From NCBI GenBank assembly GCA_023515725.1, contig JALDTO010000135.1:37413-101412 (forward strand): 64,000 nucleotides of DNA, read 5' to 3'. Below are positions 1 to 12,797 of this stretch, piece after piece; position 1 is the first letter of the stretch, and each line of letters starts with the position of its first letter. The DNA comes from Amoeboaphelidium protococcarum X5. Taxonomy: Eukaryota > Fungi > Aphelidiomycota. The notes under the pieces were generated by a model. The model searched no databases. It was given only the letters and a program-made list of their open reading frames with translations, and was not told the DNA's origin. The position numbers were made by a program, and so were the translations under genes.

Positions 1-780
1 GGACAATGCTTAGTTCTCCAGACGCGTGACTAGCCAAGCACACATTCACTGTTACTACATCTTTAACTGGTTCAGAACTCGGGCACCAAACGGACTTTGC
101 AAAGTTTGTTCAGTTCATACAACAAAAGCTTGTTCGGAGTAGCTGGATAACCCGGGGAAGCGGTGTCAAAATTGCCAGCACCATACGCAATTTTGGTTTT
201 GGGGTCAAACTAACCATCTTATTTCAGAGTAAGCGTACGTGCCAAATTGTCATAGGCCCGTTAGCGTTTGCTGAACGCCTACCTCCTCAACTTTTGCCAT
301 TTCTCAGGACGGTAAAAGCCAATGAAACCGTCTCTATGGTGCAGCACGTAACGCAGATGCTAGATGATCCCCAGGAATAAAGTTGATTTGGCGGAGGGAA
401 ATGTAGGTCATAGCATTAATTATTTCCGGAGCCTGAGCCTAACGATTCCATTCAGCCTTCTTCATAGCAGCAAACTTTTCTCCATTGTCTTCACGCCATC
501 TGGAAGTTGTGTACACAAGTTTGTGCTTCCCATTAGCAGAAGGCGTCTGGTTGGTGGGAACATTTGGAATCCGACCATCAGAACCACAAGACGCAGCCAA
601 GAATACATCACGACTGACATCAACTCTAATTACCCGTGTTTCATTGTTTACTTCCAATGGCTGATACCCAGTATCATCAAAAGCAAACCCATAGCGGCTA
701 GCAGCTGGCGCAGCATACGCAGGCCGCTAAATCAAAGCAGAACAGCTAACTCCATCGGATGTTAAAGAGTAGAAAAAACG
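1..780 (-). pseudogene. Fanzor (eukaryotic TnpB/IS200-IS605-derived RuvC nuclease) pseudogene, runs off the window start
   Basis: Minus-strand translation gives RFFYSLTSDGVSCSALIQRP (TDG motif), RVIRVDVSRDVFLAA (RuvC-I-like), FIGFYRPEKWQKLR, IAYGAGNFDTASPGYPATPNKLLLYELNKLCKVRLVPEF*TSQRCSNSEC (RuvC-II Glu plus Zn-ribbon start) and RVWRTKHC. At least two frameshifts (~400-280) and an in-frame TGA at 72-74. Confidence 0.8.
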
Positions 781-1416
781 CACTAACTATATAACTCTAA
801 AAGAACGCGTCAATAAAGAGGTATTTACAAGGATCAGCAAATTCAAGATGCGAGTGTCGCAACTTCTCGAGTCGTTGGAAGAGAAGAGAGAAGTGTGGTT
901 TATAAGATCTGAACTGTCACGAAGTCCTGGCACTATATGACAAACTCAGAGAGGACAGAAGACTGATAACTTACGTACTCAGCGGACTAAATCCGCTGAT
1001 GTTTGATGAGGCACAAGTTTTTAAAGTTAAAGGACATGCCTGTACCTGCGGAGCTAGACACAGAACCATCTTCCACGTCGTCTGCGAATTTTCACTAGTG
1101 AATGGTTTTAGTTGGAGCCGGGAGTACTATCAGAGTTACAAATAGAACTCTAGAGTGCTTGAGTAAGTGACTTGCCTGCTCAGAGAATCATAGATCTTTG
1201 ATATCAATTTTTGATGACTAGAGAGAAACAGATGTACACAATGAGTGTCTGTATTAATAAATGATTTATTATTATGGATTTGGAATTACATTCAGCAGCT
1301 CGACCGTACAAACACGCAGCCCAGCATTACCGATCACAACTGTTTTCAACAAACACCTATCAAACTGAAAGGAGAATTTTATTTATTGATACCATCTAAC
1401 CACAATGGCGATAAAA

Positions 1417-1722
1417 TCACAAAATATTGACATTAAAGGCACCGTCATTTTTGCCATCAAATTCGAAATTTTCTGCGCCAACACAAGGATGATCTTTCAA
1501 CAGGCGTCCAATCGCAGGTTTAAGTCGAGCGATGCCATTCAGACTGTGATTCACTCTCCTCACAATCAGACGCAAAGAAGAACCAGATGACTTGGTGCGG
1601 AGAAGTTCGGTAACCTTCTTGCGTGCTTCCTGAACAGTGTGATCATGTAAATCAATCACTTCTGGTGCCTTATACCATCTGAACACAAAAGCAGCTCCGG
1701 CTAATACTGCCAAAATTTCCAT
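1417..1722 (-). CDS. Small Smr-domain protein with N-terminal hydrophobic anchor
   Basis: IDLHDHTVQEA...LRLIVRRVNHSLNGIARLKPAI matches the Smr pattern (DLHG...I.GRG.HS...lk.av) with the glycines substituted. ATG to TGA. Confidence 0.7.
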   Translation of the reverse strand: MEILAVLAGAAFVFRWYKAPEVIDLHDHTVQEARKKVTELLRTKSSGSSLRLIVRRVNHSLNGIARLKPAIGRLLKDHPCVGAENFEFDGKNDGAFNVNIL

Positions 1723-2156
1723 TATACCATCTTTGCGTTCTCAGTATGCGTCTGGCATTATTGTTAAGGTTAAAGTATAATGATATACTGTTAAGAAATA
1801 AGTGTATTTTCACGTAATCGGGAAAAGTTGCGAGCAGTAGATATCTTGGTCTTGTTCAGTAGTCAGCTGACTTATCTGTGTAATCATGCAACTGTATTAG
1901 TTCAATCAGTAGTGGTACTACAGTCTACGAAGTATCTGCAAATGATCAGAACATCAGAGCAGCAGTGCATCAACGCATTAGATTACTGTACTTTGCGTAT
2001 TAGCACAGCAAGAGTGATGAATAAAAGTTTGCAACTCTGAATGATAAAATGACAACATCTCAAGTTCAAAAGCAGAGAAAGTATACAATTCATAACAAAA
2101 AACATATATTATTGAGTCAGAAGGATAAAGCATGCAAGTAGTACACACATGCAAAT

Positions 2157-3512
2157 TCAGCGCACAAACAATTTATCAGCGTCTCTCAAATCTTTCTAGC
2201 ACGCTGCTGCAAAGTCCACGTCATCACCTGCAATCGAACAGTGACCGAAATCAATTATTTTTATGGCGCTTGCACTTTGAGCTTCCAGAAAATCACGATT
2301 GATTATAACATTTCTCAATGCGATATCGCCATGCGCAACCCCTAGTTAATGAATTTAAACTAAAATGTCCTTCACATACCCAATTATTGGTAGTTCCATG
2401 CCCGTGCAATCTGCATCCTCAAGTCCGTCACCCAGATTTTCAACCAACAAGCAATCAAATTAGCCTGACAAGTCAATATATCCGTAAAATCTGGGAATCA
2501 AAGAACCTTGCAAGCCTTCGAGCTACTAATACGCCTACACTTCACGCGCAAGACACGCTGCTGCCACCGGACACTTAGCCACATCCACCAATTTGATCAC
2601 GCGCTGATAAATTAAATCTCTTGTAAATCCACCAAGGAGTATGGAACTTTGCGAATTTCTGCACAACATTTTATGCACATACAACTACCTATTGTACACA
2701 AACACTTTCTGGTACCCGGGTGACTTTTCTGCATCTTCCAGAATTTATTTTCGGGCAAAAGGTGGCGTACTGTAAGGCGATGAATAAAAGTGATCATCAC
2801 ATGCAGCATATATCAGAGCAGACAAGGCTTTGATCACAGTAATGGGTCCGTCTGAACAGCGATGAACCATCTTGCTGATCAGTAGTGTGGAGCGTGGCTG
2901 GGAACCGTCGCGCTTCAAGAAATAGAATTTATCATATGTACATAGAATTCCGTACTTGCAGTGGTTGATACTCATGTACCCATAAATCTGAGACACGACC
3001 TTATACACGACCTTGTAATCAGAGCTTCCCTAGTCATTCAGAATATCACACAATTCTTGACCGACATCAAAAGCCCACATAGTTTTCACTTCGGCAGGAA
3101 TTAAATCTCTAGATGTGGCGTCAACTATCAACTGAACAGAGATATCCGGATTACCACAGAGTCTCCCCTCGCCAGACTCGATCTAAATCTTTTAGCCCAA
3201 ATGCTTAAAAATCTTAATAACAGGATAGCAAATATAATTATAAATCACCGATTAAACGCCATTTTCTGAAGAAACTACTGGCCGATCGACATCAGTAAAG
3301 ACTTTAACGAGTTGCTTTAAATAGGGCGCCACACGCTATTCGAAAGGACCTATTATGTCATCATCAAAAGCGTCCCACACTTAAACGGAGCAATCATTCA
3401 ATTCCCTAGGATTCGCAGGCACTGTCAGCTTAGTACTCGTTCTACCCTTGTTTTTGTCAACAATAAAAGCTTCAGGCGGACTGTATTTCAGCAGATCTAC
3501 TAGAGAAGTCAT
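2157..3512 (-). CDS. PD-(D/E)xK restriction-endonuclease-like domain fused to a protein kinase domain (Crinkler-type C-terminal architecture), 451 aa
   Basis: Continuous frame with TAR=Gln. GNPD...PAEVKT and QIYGYM...YGILCTY, followed by VIKLVD, REVQAY, HGDIALRNV and IIDFG kinase motifs. Ends at TGA. Confidence 0.8.
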
Positions 3513-4989
3513 CTTTACACCAGATTCGCTATTGACTGTCGCGATGAAAAGGAAAAAGAGAAAAAAACTGAAAAAGTGATTTGAACGGGGTCGTCTCTAC
3601 ACGCGACTGGATGATCGGCGATTGATTGGTTTACACGACCAAGAATCACGCCCGATCGAACCGGGAAATTTGCAAAGACCGTCAAGTTGCCAAGGGTCAC
3701 ATACATCTAAAGAGGTTAAGAATTATGAATGTATACTCTGCGTGAATAACACTATATATGTATCCACGTTCTATCACTTGCAATCTAATGCATTGAAATT
3801 ACACACCTAACAGACCCCCAGCTTTTCCGCAAATGACTGACGTAATAAATATAAACTGTACTAAAATAGAAGGTGATGATGAATCTCCATTGTTCGTCAA
3901 ATCAGCCTGTTTTATTTCTTCTTCTCTTCTTGTAGTTCTACCCACACTTTCCCAGAGGAGAAGCTCACCTTGTCGTGGTTCTGAGGCTCCTCTACTTCCA
4001 TATGGATGGAGAGGTCTAAGAAGCTTTGTACATCCCCTTTAAGTAATTATTCTAATCGGTGCAATTAGATGTAGTTGTTGGCAGACATCATGAACTCTGT
4101 GTCGCGATCCTTTACCCGGCGCGTACTGAAAATGTTAAATGTATTAACCTGTCAGGCTTCTGTATACCGAACCTTCCCCTCGACTCTGTTGGCTTACAGT
4201 TAAACTTACATAAGCTGCTGCCTGGCGCGAAATGTAGTCTCGTCTCACTTCTTATCCTTTTTTGGATCGCATTGTAGTTAGAGCGGTGGCTATGGTTGGA
4301 GGCTAGACGGAATCGCTCACTGCGGGACATATGGCATATGGTCAATGGCAACCAATTGCTGAGAATGCTTTGTAGTTAACTATGGAATAATTTATGGTAT
4401 TGTACTAATAATCTGTAGGCAATTATTGCTAGTACCTCTCAGCCATTTCAGTGATTTGGTTAAGTACTTCTATCAATCAGCATGGCGCTAGTCCACTTAA
4501 AGCTCACTATAAAGCCGCTGGATTAGACACTATGCTGGAATCAAATGCACGGGCCGAAAGCTTATTGGGAAAGAAAGTCATGCCTGGATATAACTGCGAG
4601 CTACTCTGTTTAAGCGTATCATGCTTCAGATAACTTCATCCCACTCTGACTGGCTAGTCGCCTGATGAGTGTCGTCTTCGAGACTCCCTGCAAGGTTTAA
4701 CTCCCTGATAAGACAGCTCTCACCAAGTAACTCATAACGGTCATGTTATACTAAGTGCTAGGGCAACTCTCTACAAAAAATGTCAAATCAATATTGTTTA
4801 CGAAATCAAGTATAACTCAAAAAATACTTATGAGACATATATAAAATAAGTACCTTTCGATAGAGCTCTTAATTATGTATAACATATGGAAAAGATGCGG
4901 ATTTTGCGCTACAGGATTAGGGTAAAAACTAAAACAAAAAGTGGCAAAAAACTTACTAACAAACTTATAAGGATTATCATATTAGGGAG

Positions 4990-6215
4990 ACTAGCGCGTC
5001 TTCCTGATCATAATGCAGACCTCACATTGCACTGATACACATCGAGATATACTTGTATCCACATCTGGAAAATATCCATCTTGGATCATTTACTTGAGCA
5101 TAGTGAGGCTTGGGTGGCCAAGACGACGATGCAATAATAACAGCTGGTGCTCAGTCGATATGAAATCACTAGCAGCCAGGCAGATTAGATTGTCCTACTG
5201 CAACAGAGTCTAATCTGTAACTGTGTCAACATTCAACTAGTAAAGTCCACTAGACATTTAATGACTAGACATAAGTATTTCACCATCCAGCTCAACTCTA
5301 ACGGAACCATTACGATATGTTTTTCAAAGCCATGCTTGTCAAGCTTATTGACAGAGAAAAGATTACAGCCAACCTCGGGAGCAGAGTACACGTCTTGAAT
5401 CATGAGACTCGTTCTCATACCTTCATTGTCAATGCATTCTATCACCATGGATCCTTCACCCATAATTTTTGATTGTTGAGTAGAGTCAGCGGTCGTGCAA
5501 CGATAGTCAAGAGTGGTAGTTTTGGAGCCAATCACCACAACATGTGATAAAATCAGTGCAACCTTTGTCAGAAATCGAGTGATACTTCTAATAAAAACCA
5601 ATATTTATATTACCGCATTAAAGAATCACTATTTCATCCTAATATCATTCCTTAGAACTGTTTTTATTGTCTTTGAACTTATTACCAAGCTATTACTTGA
5701 ATGATTTCTTTCTGACCTTTTGGCTTTTAGCAGCCCTTTCGAATGGCCTACTACTTATCCATTTGTCTTCTTCTTCTTATCTCGAGGACAATCGCGCTAT
5801 CAGTGTTCCAATGGACCACAGATGAAATCGCCATCATCAGCATCACTACTATCATTCTGGGGACGACGAGGACGCTTCTGGAACTTCGTCACTGCAGCAG
5901 CTGCAACAGAGGTACTTCACTTCTTGTTACTTCATCTGATCCATAGAAATATTCAAGGACAGTTACCCGTCCGTGATGCTTTTCTTCAAATTCAACAGCT
6001 TTGTATCTGACACTGTTGCGAACAATCCCAAGCGCTTTCGCATCACAATCGTACAGATGCTTCAATAGTTTAAACACGCGGTTACGTGCCTCTATTGATT
6101 TCTCGGATGGACGCGCTATCCCTCCCTACTTGACAGCTTCAGCCACTCCTGGTGTCGGCGCGACAACAGGTTACCTAGTCGGTGCAGCCTAAACAGAGGC
6201 GATCGCATCGGCCAT
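4990..6215 (-). mobile_element. Degenerate Ty1/Copia LTR-retrotransposon remnant (gag knuckle, post-protease region, GAG-pre-integrase)
   Basis: Degenerate CCHC knuckle DFICGPLEH*QRDCP (~5780-5830). GEGSMVI...DVYSAPEVGCNLFSVNKLDKHG is typical of Copia. LHRRLGHPS (~5105-5135) and CEVC (~5015-5026) form the pre-integrase HHCC. Frameshifts and stops are present, and no RT/RNaseH was seen. Confidence 0.75.
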
Positions 6216-6426
6216 TTCAGTCTCTGCCAAGTTCAGCTCATTCAGTAGGAGAAGGAAATTAGAGGATTTTTATGTGAGGACAATTACAGCGACGGTTCTA
6301 TAACTAATTTAACAACTAATTCAAGGTATTTTTAATAGGAGTATTTTATTCCTATTTACGGATTTTTCTTGACTTTTTTCCGTAGTTAGTTTTCTTCCAC
6401 GGATTTTTTTGCATTTTTTTCCGTAC

Positions 6427-6472
6427 TGATTTAGTCCGTCAGTTGTTATACAACAACTGACGGACTAAATCA
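6427..6472. repeat. Perfect 21-bp inverted repeat with a 4-nt spacer
   Basis: TGATTTAGTCCGTCAGTTGTT-atac-AACAACTGACGGACTAAATCA. Confidence 0.95.
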
Positions 6473-6653
6473 ATCACGATTTCATAGTCATACAAAGTTT
6501 TAGCTTAAAGTGCGTATCATTCAATCAATTACATTAGGGCATAAGATTATTAAGAGAATATAAAACAGGAGTTGGGTAAATATAATATAAATAGACATAA
6601 TGTAAAGAACAACTTTTCGTTTGATGTTAATAGTAAAACTGTGGTGAACAACT

Positions 6654-7886
6654 TCATTCTGCTGTTAGTCTTTCCATTTCTTCGACCTACAACTCTTCCA
6701 TTACGCGGACCTTGGTGTAGATAGGCTACCCATCAATATATCCTGAAATATATTAGGAAATTCTATTCCTTAGAGAACCAGAACGAGCCTGCTTCTTCGA
6801 CGATACCTCTTCCCTCTTCCTTTTCCGACCTTACTCCTTCTCACAGGTAAATGCGTCAGAAGAGGATGCCTGGATACTCTTCAAAGGCGTCGCTTCCACA
6901 GCCACAGGATTCAAGTAAGAGATTAAATCGTCTTCTCCACAAGCCAGCAAGCATATCGTAATTACTTGCATAATGACACTGGTCATGACTTGGAGAGTAT
7001 AAGAACGCGCCACCCTTTCTCTAGAGTATGGCTCCTTATTTTAATTAGAATTGCCGCTATCAAAAGGCCAGGTGAATACCGTATCTCGACTATCATTCTC
7101 AACGAACACTTTAAAACATTTCTAGGAGTATAGTATAGTCGGACATCCGGTGCGATATAAAGTGCAAAGCGTTTAGATCCCGCGTGAACCATGGTGCCAT
7201 AATTTAGAGACTGGAAAGGCGGTAGCTCTTTACGCCTCAGTCGCTAACAAAGGATTACCAGATAAACCTTTAAATATAGTGTCGGATTGAGCACGAACAT
7301 CATAGGTGGGATGTGCGAACAGGGCACCAACCACAAAAGGACTAAAATTCGCGCGAGTGACGTAAAGACCTAATGGAAATCCAATATATGTAACCACGTC
7401 ATCAAATGCGCTTTGGACCACAATCTCAGGACTATTATCTTCCAAATCAACGAAATTTCTTAAAATACGGCGCAAGAGAGCATTATTCATTACATTTTTC
7501 GTATAAGTGTCTAACCAAGTTGAGGGAGCGCCAACTATTTCCGCCAAGTGATTTAAAGACGTAATCTACTACAGACCACGATAGAGATACGGATTTAATA
7601 CCAAGTGCTGCAGCTGTGACGCGGTCGGCTTCTTCATAACGCGTACAGTATCTTGAATAATGGATGAAGGACTCATAAACTCCCATTCATGTACTTACCC
7701 ATCCAAATATTAGCAATTGATATCCAACTTTGCTTCCAAATCATCCTATTACGAATTCTCATCATTAAAGGATTCCACGGATAATATAGTCTCTACATCA
7801 CTTTCACTTTCATAATTTTCTATATCCTTATTGGCGCGAATATTTATTTATTCTTATCCACTGAAGTATGATGATCCTTGAAGCAT
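6654..7886 (-). CDS. Uncharacterised PD-(D/E)xK-like protein, 410 aa, paralog of 12798-14252
   Basis: Open frame ATG to TGA with TAR=Gln. SDTIF...ATEAQRATAFPVSKLWHHGSRGIQ...FKVFVENDSRDTVFTWP aligns with the paralog. Confidence 0.7.
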
Positions 7887-8151
7887 ATTGATTATAAACA
7901 GCTAAATGATGCGAAAAATGCGGTTTCTTTGTCGGATACGGAGTTCGAGAAACGCAAAACCGCCTCGCAGTTTAAAATTACTAAACATAGAAAGTAAAAT
8001 GAAAGTTCCCATTAATATTTTAAATGATTTTTAATTTTTATTTTGTTTTGTAATTTTAAAAATAAATTCATTGCTATTTTGTTTCTTATCATGCACTATA
8101 TCCGCCTTATAATAGGGGACATCTTAACTCGAATTCATTTTTTGCAGCAAA

Positions 8152-9531
8152 ATGTCTTAAGAAATCGACTTGGAACAGGTACGGCAGTTAGTAAATTAAG
8201 GTTTGAAGCGCAAGGAAATTTTAGATACTCTAAATTCTAGTGGAACAATCTGCTCCAAGTCCAAATTGGACCGGTTTATGACTGAACATGGATTGAGTAC
8301 TGCTTTAAATAGAGCCACATTTGCGGATTAAAGTGAACATTGGATTGAAGAAGCTCGCCATCTAATTAATGGCGGGTCCACTTAACAATAATTATTGGAT
8401 TGGCTGAAATAGAAGCATAATATTTAAATGTCCTTAAGGACTTTGCAATCGATTTTGTCGCAGCATTAAATTGGAACGAGACATTGTGCGCTATCTCCTG
8501 TCGAAGTTTTGGATTTAGTGCATGTTGTAAATCAGGATGAAGGTGAAAGATTGGGAATTAGATCAACTACATAAGTCCTTCGTGAACTATCAGGCCAATA
8601 AGTATCTCGAGACATGGTTATGGTTTGCTAAAGATTCGACAATCCAGAGGCTGTGTAAATGCGTAAAAGGCGCAAGTTGAAACGCCGTGAATATTAAAAT
8701 GATGGTCCTAATTAAGTGTGGCATATAGATGGCTTCGATAAGCTGTCGTAGTTTGGCTTTGGAATAAGTGCGTGTGTAGATGGTTTTAGTAGGTATGTTG
8801 TGTTTAGTATGGTCGCAGATACGAATAGGCCCGCGCGTTACATACTGGAATATTTTCTGGATGCGGCTGACAAATGCAATGTTATGCCTGGAAAAGTTCG
8901 TGTTGATGGCGGAACTGAGAACAATTACATCAAGTAATTGCAAGAAATATTGGTAGGTGAGAACTCTTATATTGTGGGTTCATCCAATTTCAATACGCGT
9001 ATAGAAAGTTACTGGGGCAGATAGAATCATTATGGGCTTGAATATTGGATAGGAACGCTGAACAATCTTCACTTTGCAGGTTATTTTAATACCACGCTTT
9101 ATTCTCATAAGACAATTTCTCAGTATTGTTTTGGACATTATATCGCTGAGTGTTTAGATAAAATTACCACCTTGTGGAATTACCATAAGATTCGAAATCA
9201 AGGACAGCCCATCATGCGTTATCAAGTTCCCGAGATGTTTGATGGAGTAGAATGTGGTTTGGAGCCTCCTCAAGACATGCGTGATATGGCTATTCAATTG
9301 TTTGGACCAAGTACTATAGATATGAATGATAGGTTTAGAATTAATTACGCTAGGCATCTTATTGATGAAGTTGTTATAGAGAAAGGTTTTGATCAACTTA
9401 CCTTTGACAATTGTCAAGATGTGTTCAAGGCTTTAGTGTCCGATGGCGATCTCGTAAGCGCGCTGGATGCATTTAGAGATTAATTGTTGATAGCAGAATA
9501 GTAAGTGAGAGGGTAGGAAATTGCTTAGTGA
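8152..9531 (+). mobile_element. Intact IS481/IS3-like (rve-related integrase core) DDE transposase with two N-terminal HTH-like repeats, 459 aa
   Basis: Uninterrupted frame with TAR=Gln. GPNQVWHIDGFDKL, VDGFSR, PGKVRVDGGTEN, GSSNFNTRIESYW, WNYHKIR. The D-D-E triad is retained. Confidence 0.85.
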
Positions 9532-9616
9532 AGAATGGTCTGAATAATTAAAAATTTCTTATTGCTATTACTATCTTTACGTACTCATTGTTAACTCCAC
9601 CAGAGCTACTAAATAC

Positions 9617-11632
9617 TCAATCCTCAGTCAAAGTTGGCAATTTCTTCTACGCAGCATTTTTAGCACGCGTATTAGGTCTTCTGCTAGACGGACGTATGTT
9701 TTTAACAATAGGATCCACCAACTTAATCTTAGATTTCTCCTTTACTATCTGCAAATCCTGAGTGGCTTGATTATTAACTTCTACCTGTTTAGACACAGAA
9801 GTTATGGAGACATCCGACTTCAATGATGTCTTCTACTATCCAAGAGGATTAGGAGCGGCCTATGCTGGAGATCCAAACACAGTGGACTCGAATTTATCCA
9901 TTAAGAGAGAATCTTCCATAATCTTCTCCATTACTAAAGACGGAATGGTCGCGACATCTAAATGCAAAGCCTTGCAAATCTAATTGCACTAGTGCATAAC
10001 GAAGAACTTCACAATTGCTGGTAAACCCATATTGCCAATACTGCAATCGGTGCCATTGACAGTGCACACCTAAAGATCTGTAAAGTGACACTTAGAGCCT
10101 TGAATATCAACTATCATTTACTCGTAGTTCTCCTTCTCAAACCAATAATAGGAGTAATGGGCAAAAGCCCAGGCCACTTCTTCACGAAAGTTCTCCTCAT
10201 AAGTCTGATCATCATCACAAATTTGCATAAAATGCTCGTTGTCGATATACTTCACAAATTGGCCATCTACGAAGGGTTCAACTGTCCATATCTTTGCTAG
10301 ATCCACCATATCACCAAATTCCTCATTTTATTTGTCTCTAATCTCCAGCATCACGCCAGCACAAACTCCACGCTACTCACCAGCAACCTATAGATATTCT
10401 TAACCCAGCAGCGTCTTAATCAATTCCGCGTCAAAATCTAGGAAGCACCTTTGAGCGCAAACAGAGTTTAATATTTCCCTAGCATGTAATCCATAATCAT
10501 CGTCATCCTTATCAATTGCGCACTTAAAGACTACTGGCAGATCTGGAAAAAACTTGACCAGAGATCCATTATAGTAGCATCTTTTTATATTCCCTTTGTT
10601 AGTCTTTCCTGCCAGATCTGGCATTCCAACTACTCCTGGATCCTCAGTGAACCAGGAGCCTGTTTCATAGTCGTAGACATGCACAACCACACTGCCTTAC
10701 AAGGAGCGCGTATTTTTTATTACACGCTGAGGGGACACCTTGGAAATGTTTTCAAACTAGCAAAACTTATTCTTATGTTCAATCTAACTATTTCTCGCAA
10801 CATTTGAACTGACAGGTATGATCGTAGACTCCTGCGCAGATTTGATCTTTTTGACAGGCTTGACAGGTTGAATAATAGGCTCATCTAAAGTACGCGTCGG
10901 TTCAACAATTTCAAAATCATCCTTATCCTGCATCTTCTCATCTGGCAAACCATACTAGTAATCAAAGTCCTCGACATTCAAAAAATTCAGCTACTGTAGA
11001 GACTCATAGTTTCTCTTTAAACTAGGATGCAATTACACGCGATTGCTTTCAACCAACGGAATCAAATATAGCACCTTATCCTTATTAGAGGTATACTTAC
11101 ATCCTGCCAATTGAATATTCTGGGTCCATTATATTACGTCAAAATCAACTCCAAATTAGGGGATTTGGTGGATTTGACTTTGTCCAATTGACGATTGCTC
11201 AACTTGATAGTGAAACAATGCACAAGCTTATGCTAAGACAGATTGATAATTGTCATTATACTTGTCAATCTAAATCATCTATGGGCCAACATTTTCCAGA
11301 CGCTTAAATTATCCAACCTTTGATCCTGAAATACAAGGGACAATGCTAATTTGCACCAGCGCGTTTTTACGCGTCAAACCTCTATTTCCACTACCAGGAC
11401 CGTTTCTATGAACAGGGGGCGGCGGCTTAGTCTGGTATCCACTGTGCAATCTATTTACCATTGACTCGGTTCTTGTCTGCACCGCAAGCTTTTTCTTTTA
11501 CTCAAATTGCATTTGTGAATGCATCAACTAGGCTTGCGCCTATTGCCAAGATTTACATCCAGCACAATGACAGTCCTCCCTTTTGAGTCCGGACGAATTG
11601 GGACATAACACATCTTACAACGGATTAAACAT
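9617..11632 (-). CDS. Alpha-kinase (eEF2K/MHCK family) with N-terminal Cys cluster, 671 aa
   Basis: WTVEPFVDGQFVKY, AFAHYSY, MIVDIQG, FTDLQV, GNMG, FFVMHQCNQICKALHL. N-terminal C-x10-CHCAGC. Single open frame. Confidence 0.88.
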
Positions 11633-12797
11633 GCTTGATACTGATTCTATTCAAAAGACACTAGGATATAGATATCAACTAAAGAGATTGCGTATATTTG
11701 TCGCGTTTTAGTTATCTGAACTATGAGAGCTGTTATTAATAATATGATTGCGTAAGATCTTAGAGTGGCGTAAGGGGGGTGGCGCAGCAAGTAATGACAA
11801 CACTACGGCGTCCCAATGCTGCATTGCTTATACCTGTATGCTTATCTCGCAAATAAGATTGTACGTTGTTAAAAAGTAGTTTAGTGAATAGTGTGTAAGA
11901 GATAATAAAGTATCATTCAGTATCAAAACAATTTATCACAAATAATCGCTTACTTACTGTTAAATTGCAAGCGCCAGTTTCGAGATTAACGCATCAAGCA
12001 ATCAGTTGTGACAAAGATCGAGCAACCACTACTCACAAACAGTTTGCAAATTTTTGCTTGAGGTTTGGTGCATATATTTCTTTACTAGAGAAGCGGAGCA
12101 AATACTGCTATATTAAAAATCTTGAGATATTTACACCAATACTGCTGCAGTTGCGCAAGTTGCACATTAAAGTAAAGCAACACACACACGGTGCATGACT
12201 AATACATTTGATTTTGCAGCATGATATAAATAAGAAAGTAATCACAAAAATTAATCAATTTGTTAAGTCGCATTCGCGTATTACAAGTGCAAAAACGTTA
12301 TGTATTAATGTGAGGCACTGATTGCGGCTCTCGAACATTAAAAACAAAAACAGTTGTAAGAAACAAATATTCGTTTCTGCTTTTTAAATAGCGACGCGCT
12401 TTTGCGGCTCTCGGATTCCGTAGTCGGAAGAAAGTTTGGTCTTTCACAATCAGATTTACAAAGAGCCTCAACCAGGTCCGAGTAAACACGATAGAAAGGC
12501 CCATTTCATGCACTCCGTCCTTCTCTGACTAAAACCGCCGCGCAATTTTAATGCGCCTACAACGGCAATATCATATGAGCTGGTTCATTATTGGAAATGG
12601 CCTGTTGAAACTTGATCTAACTCGACTGTCTCAGAGCGAATTTGATTCGGGCGCATCGACTTGTGGTAATAGTAAGGTTTGACTTTAGTTACTACAAAAA
12701 ATGACTTATTTTTCAACTCGCAAAAAATAAGATGACTGCAATACATAGTATATTAAACAATGAATTTTATTTTATTGAATAGGAATAATGAAATAAT

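Noticed and set aside
364-765. 133-aa plus-strand ORF in the track
   Set aside because: Antisense to the Fanzor relic, with no recognisable features.
3690-3830. Possible Copia PPT plus LTR (minus strand gggggtc-TGTTAGG...)
   Set aside because: No second LTR copy found upstream of the gag relic and no clear CA end.
4660-4690. CTGATGA hammerhead-like core
   Set aside because: Followed by GAGA rather than GAAA, and no convincing stems I/III.
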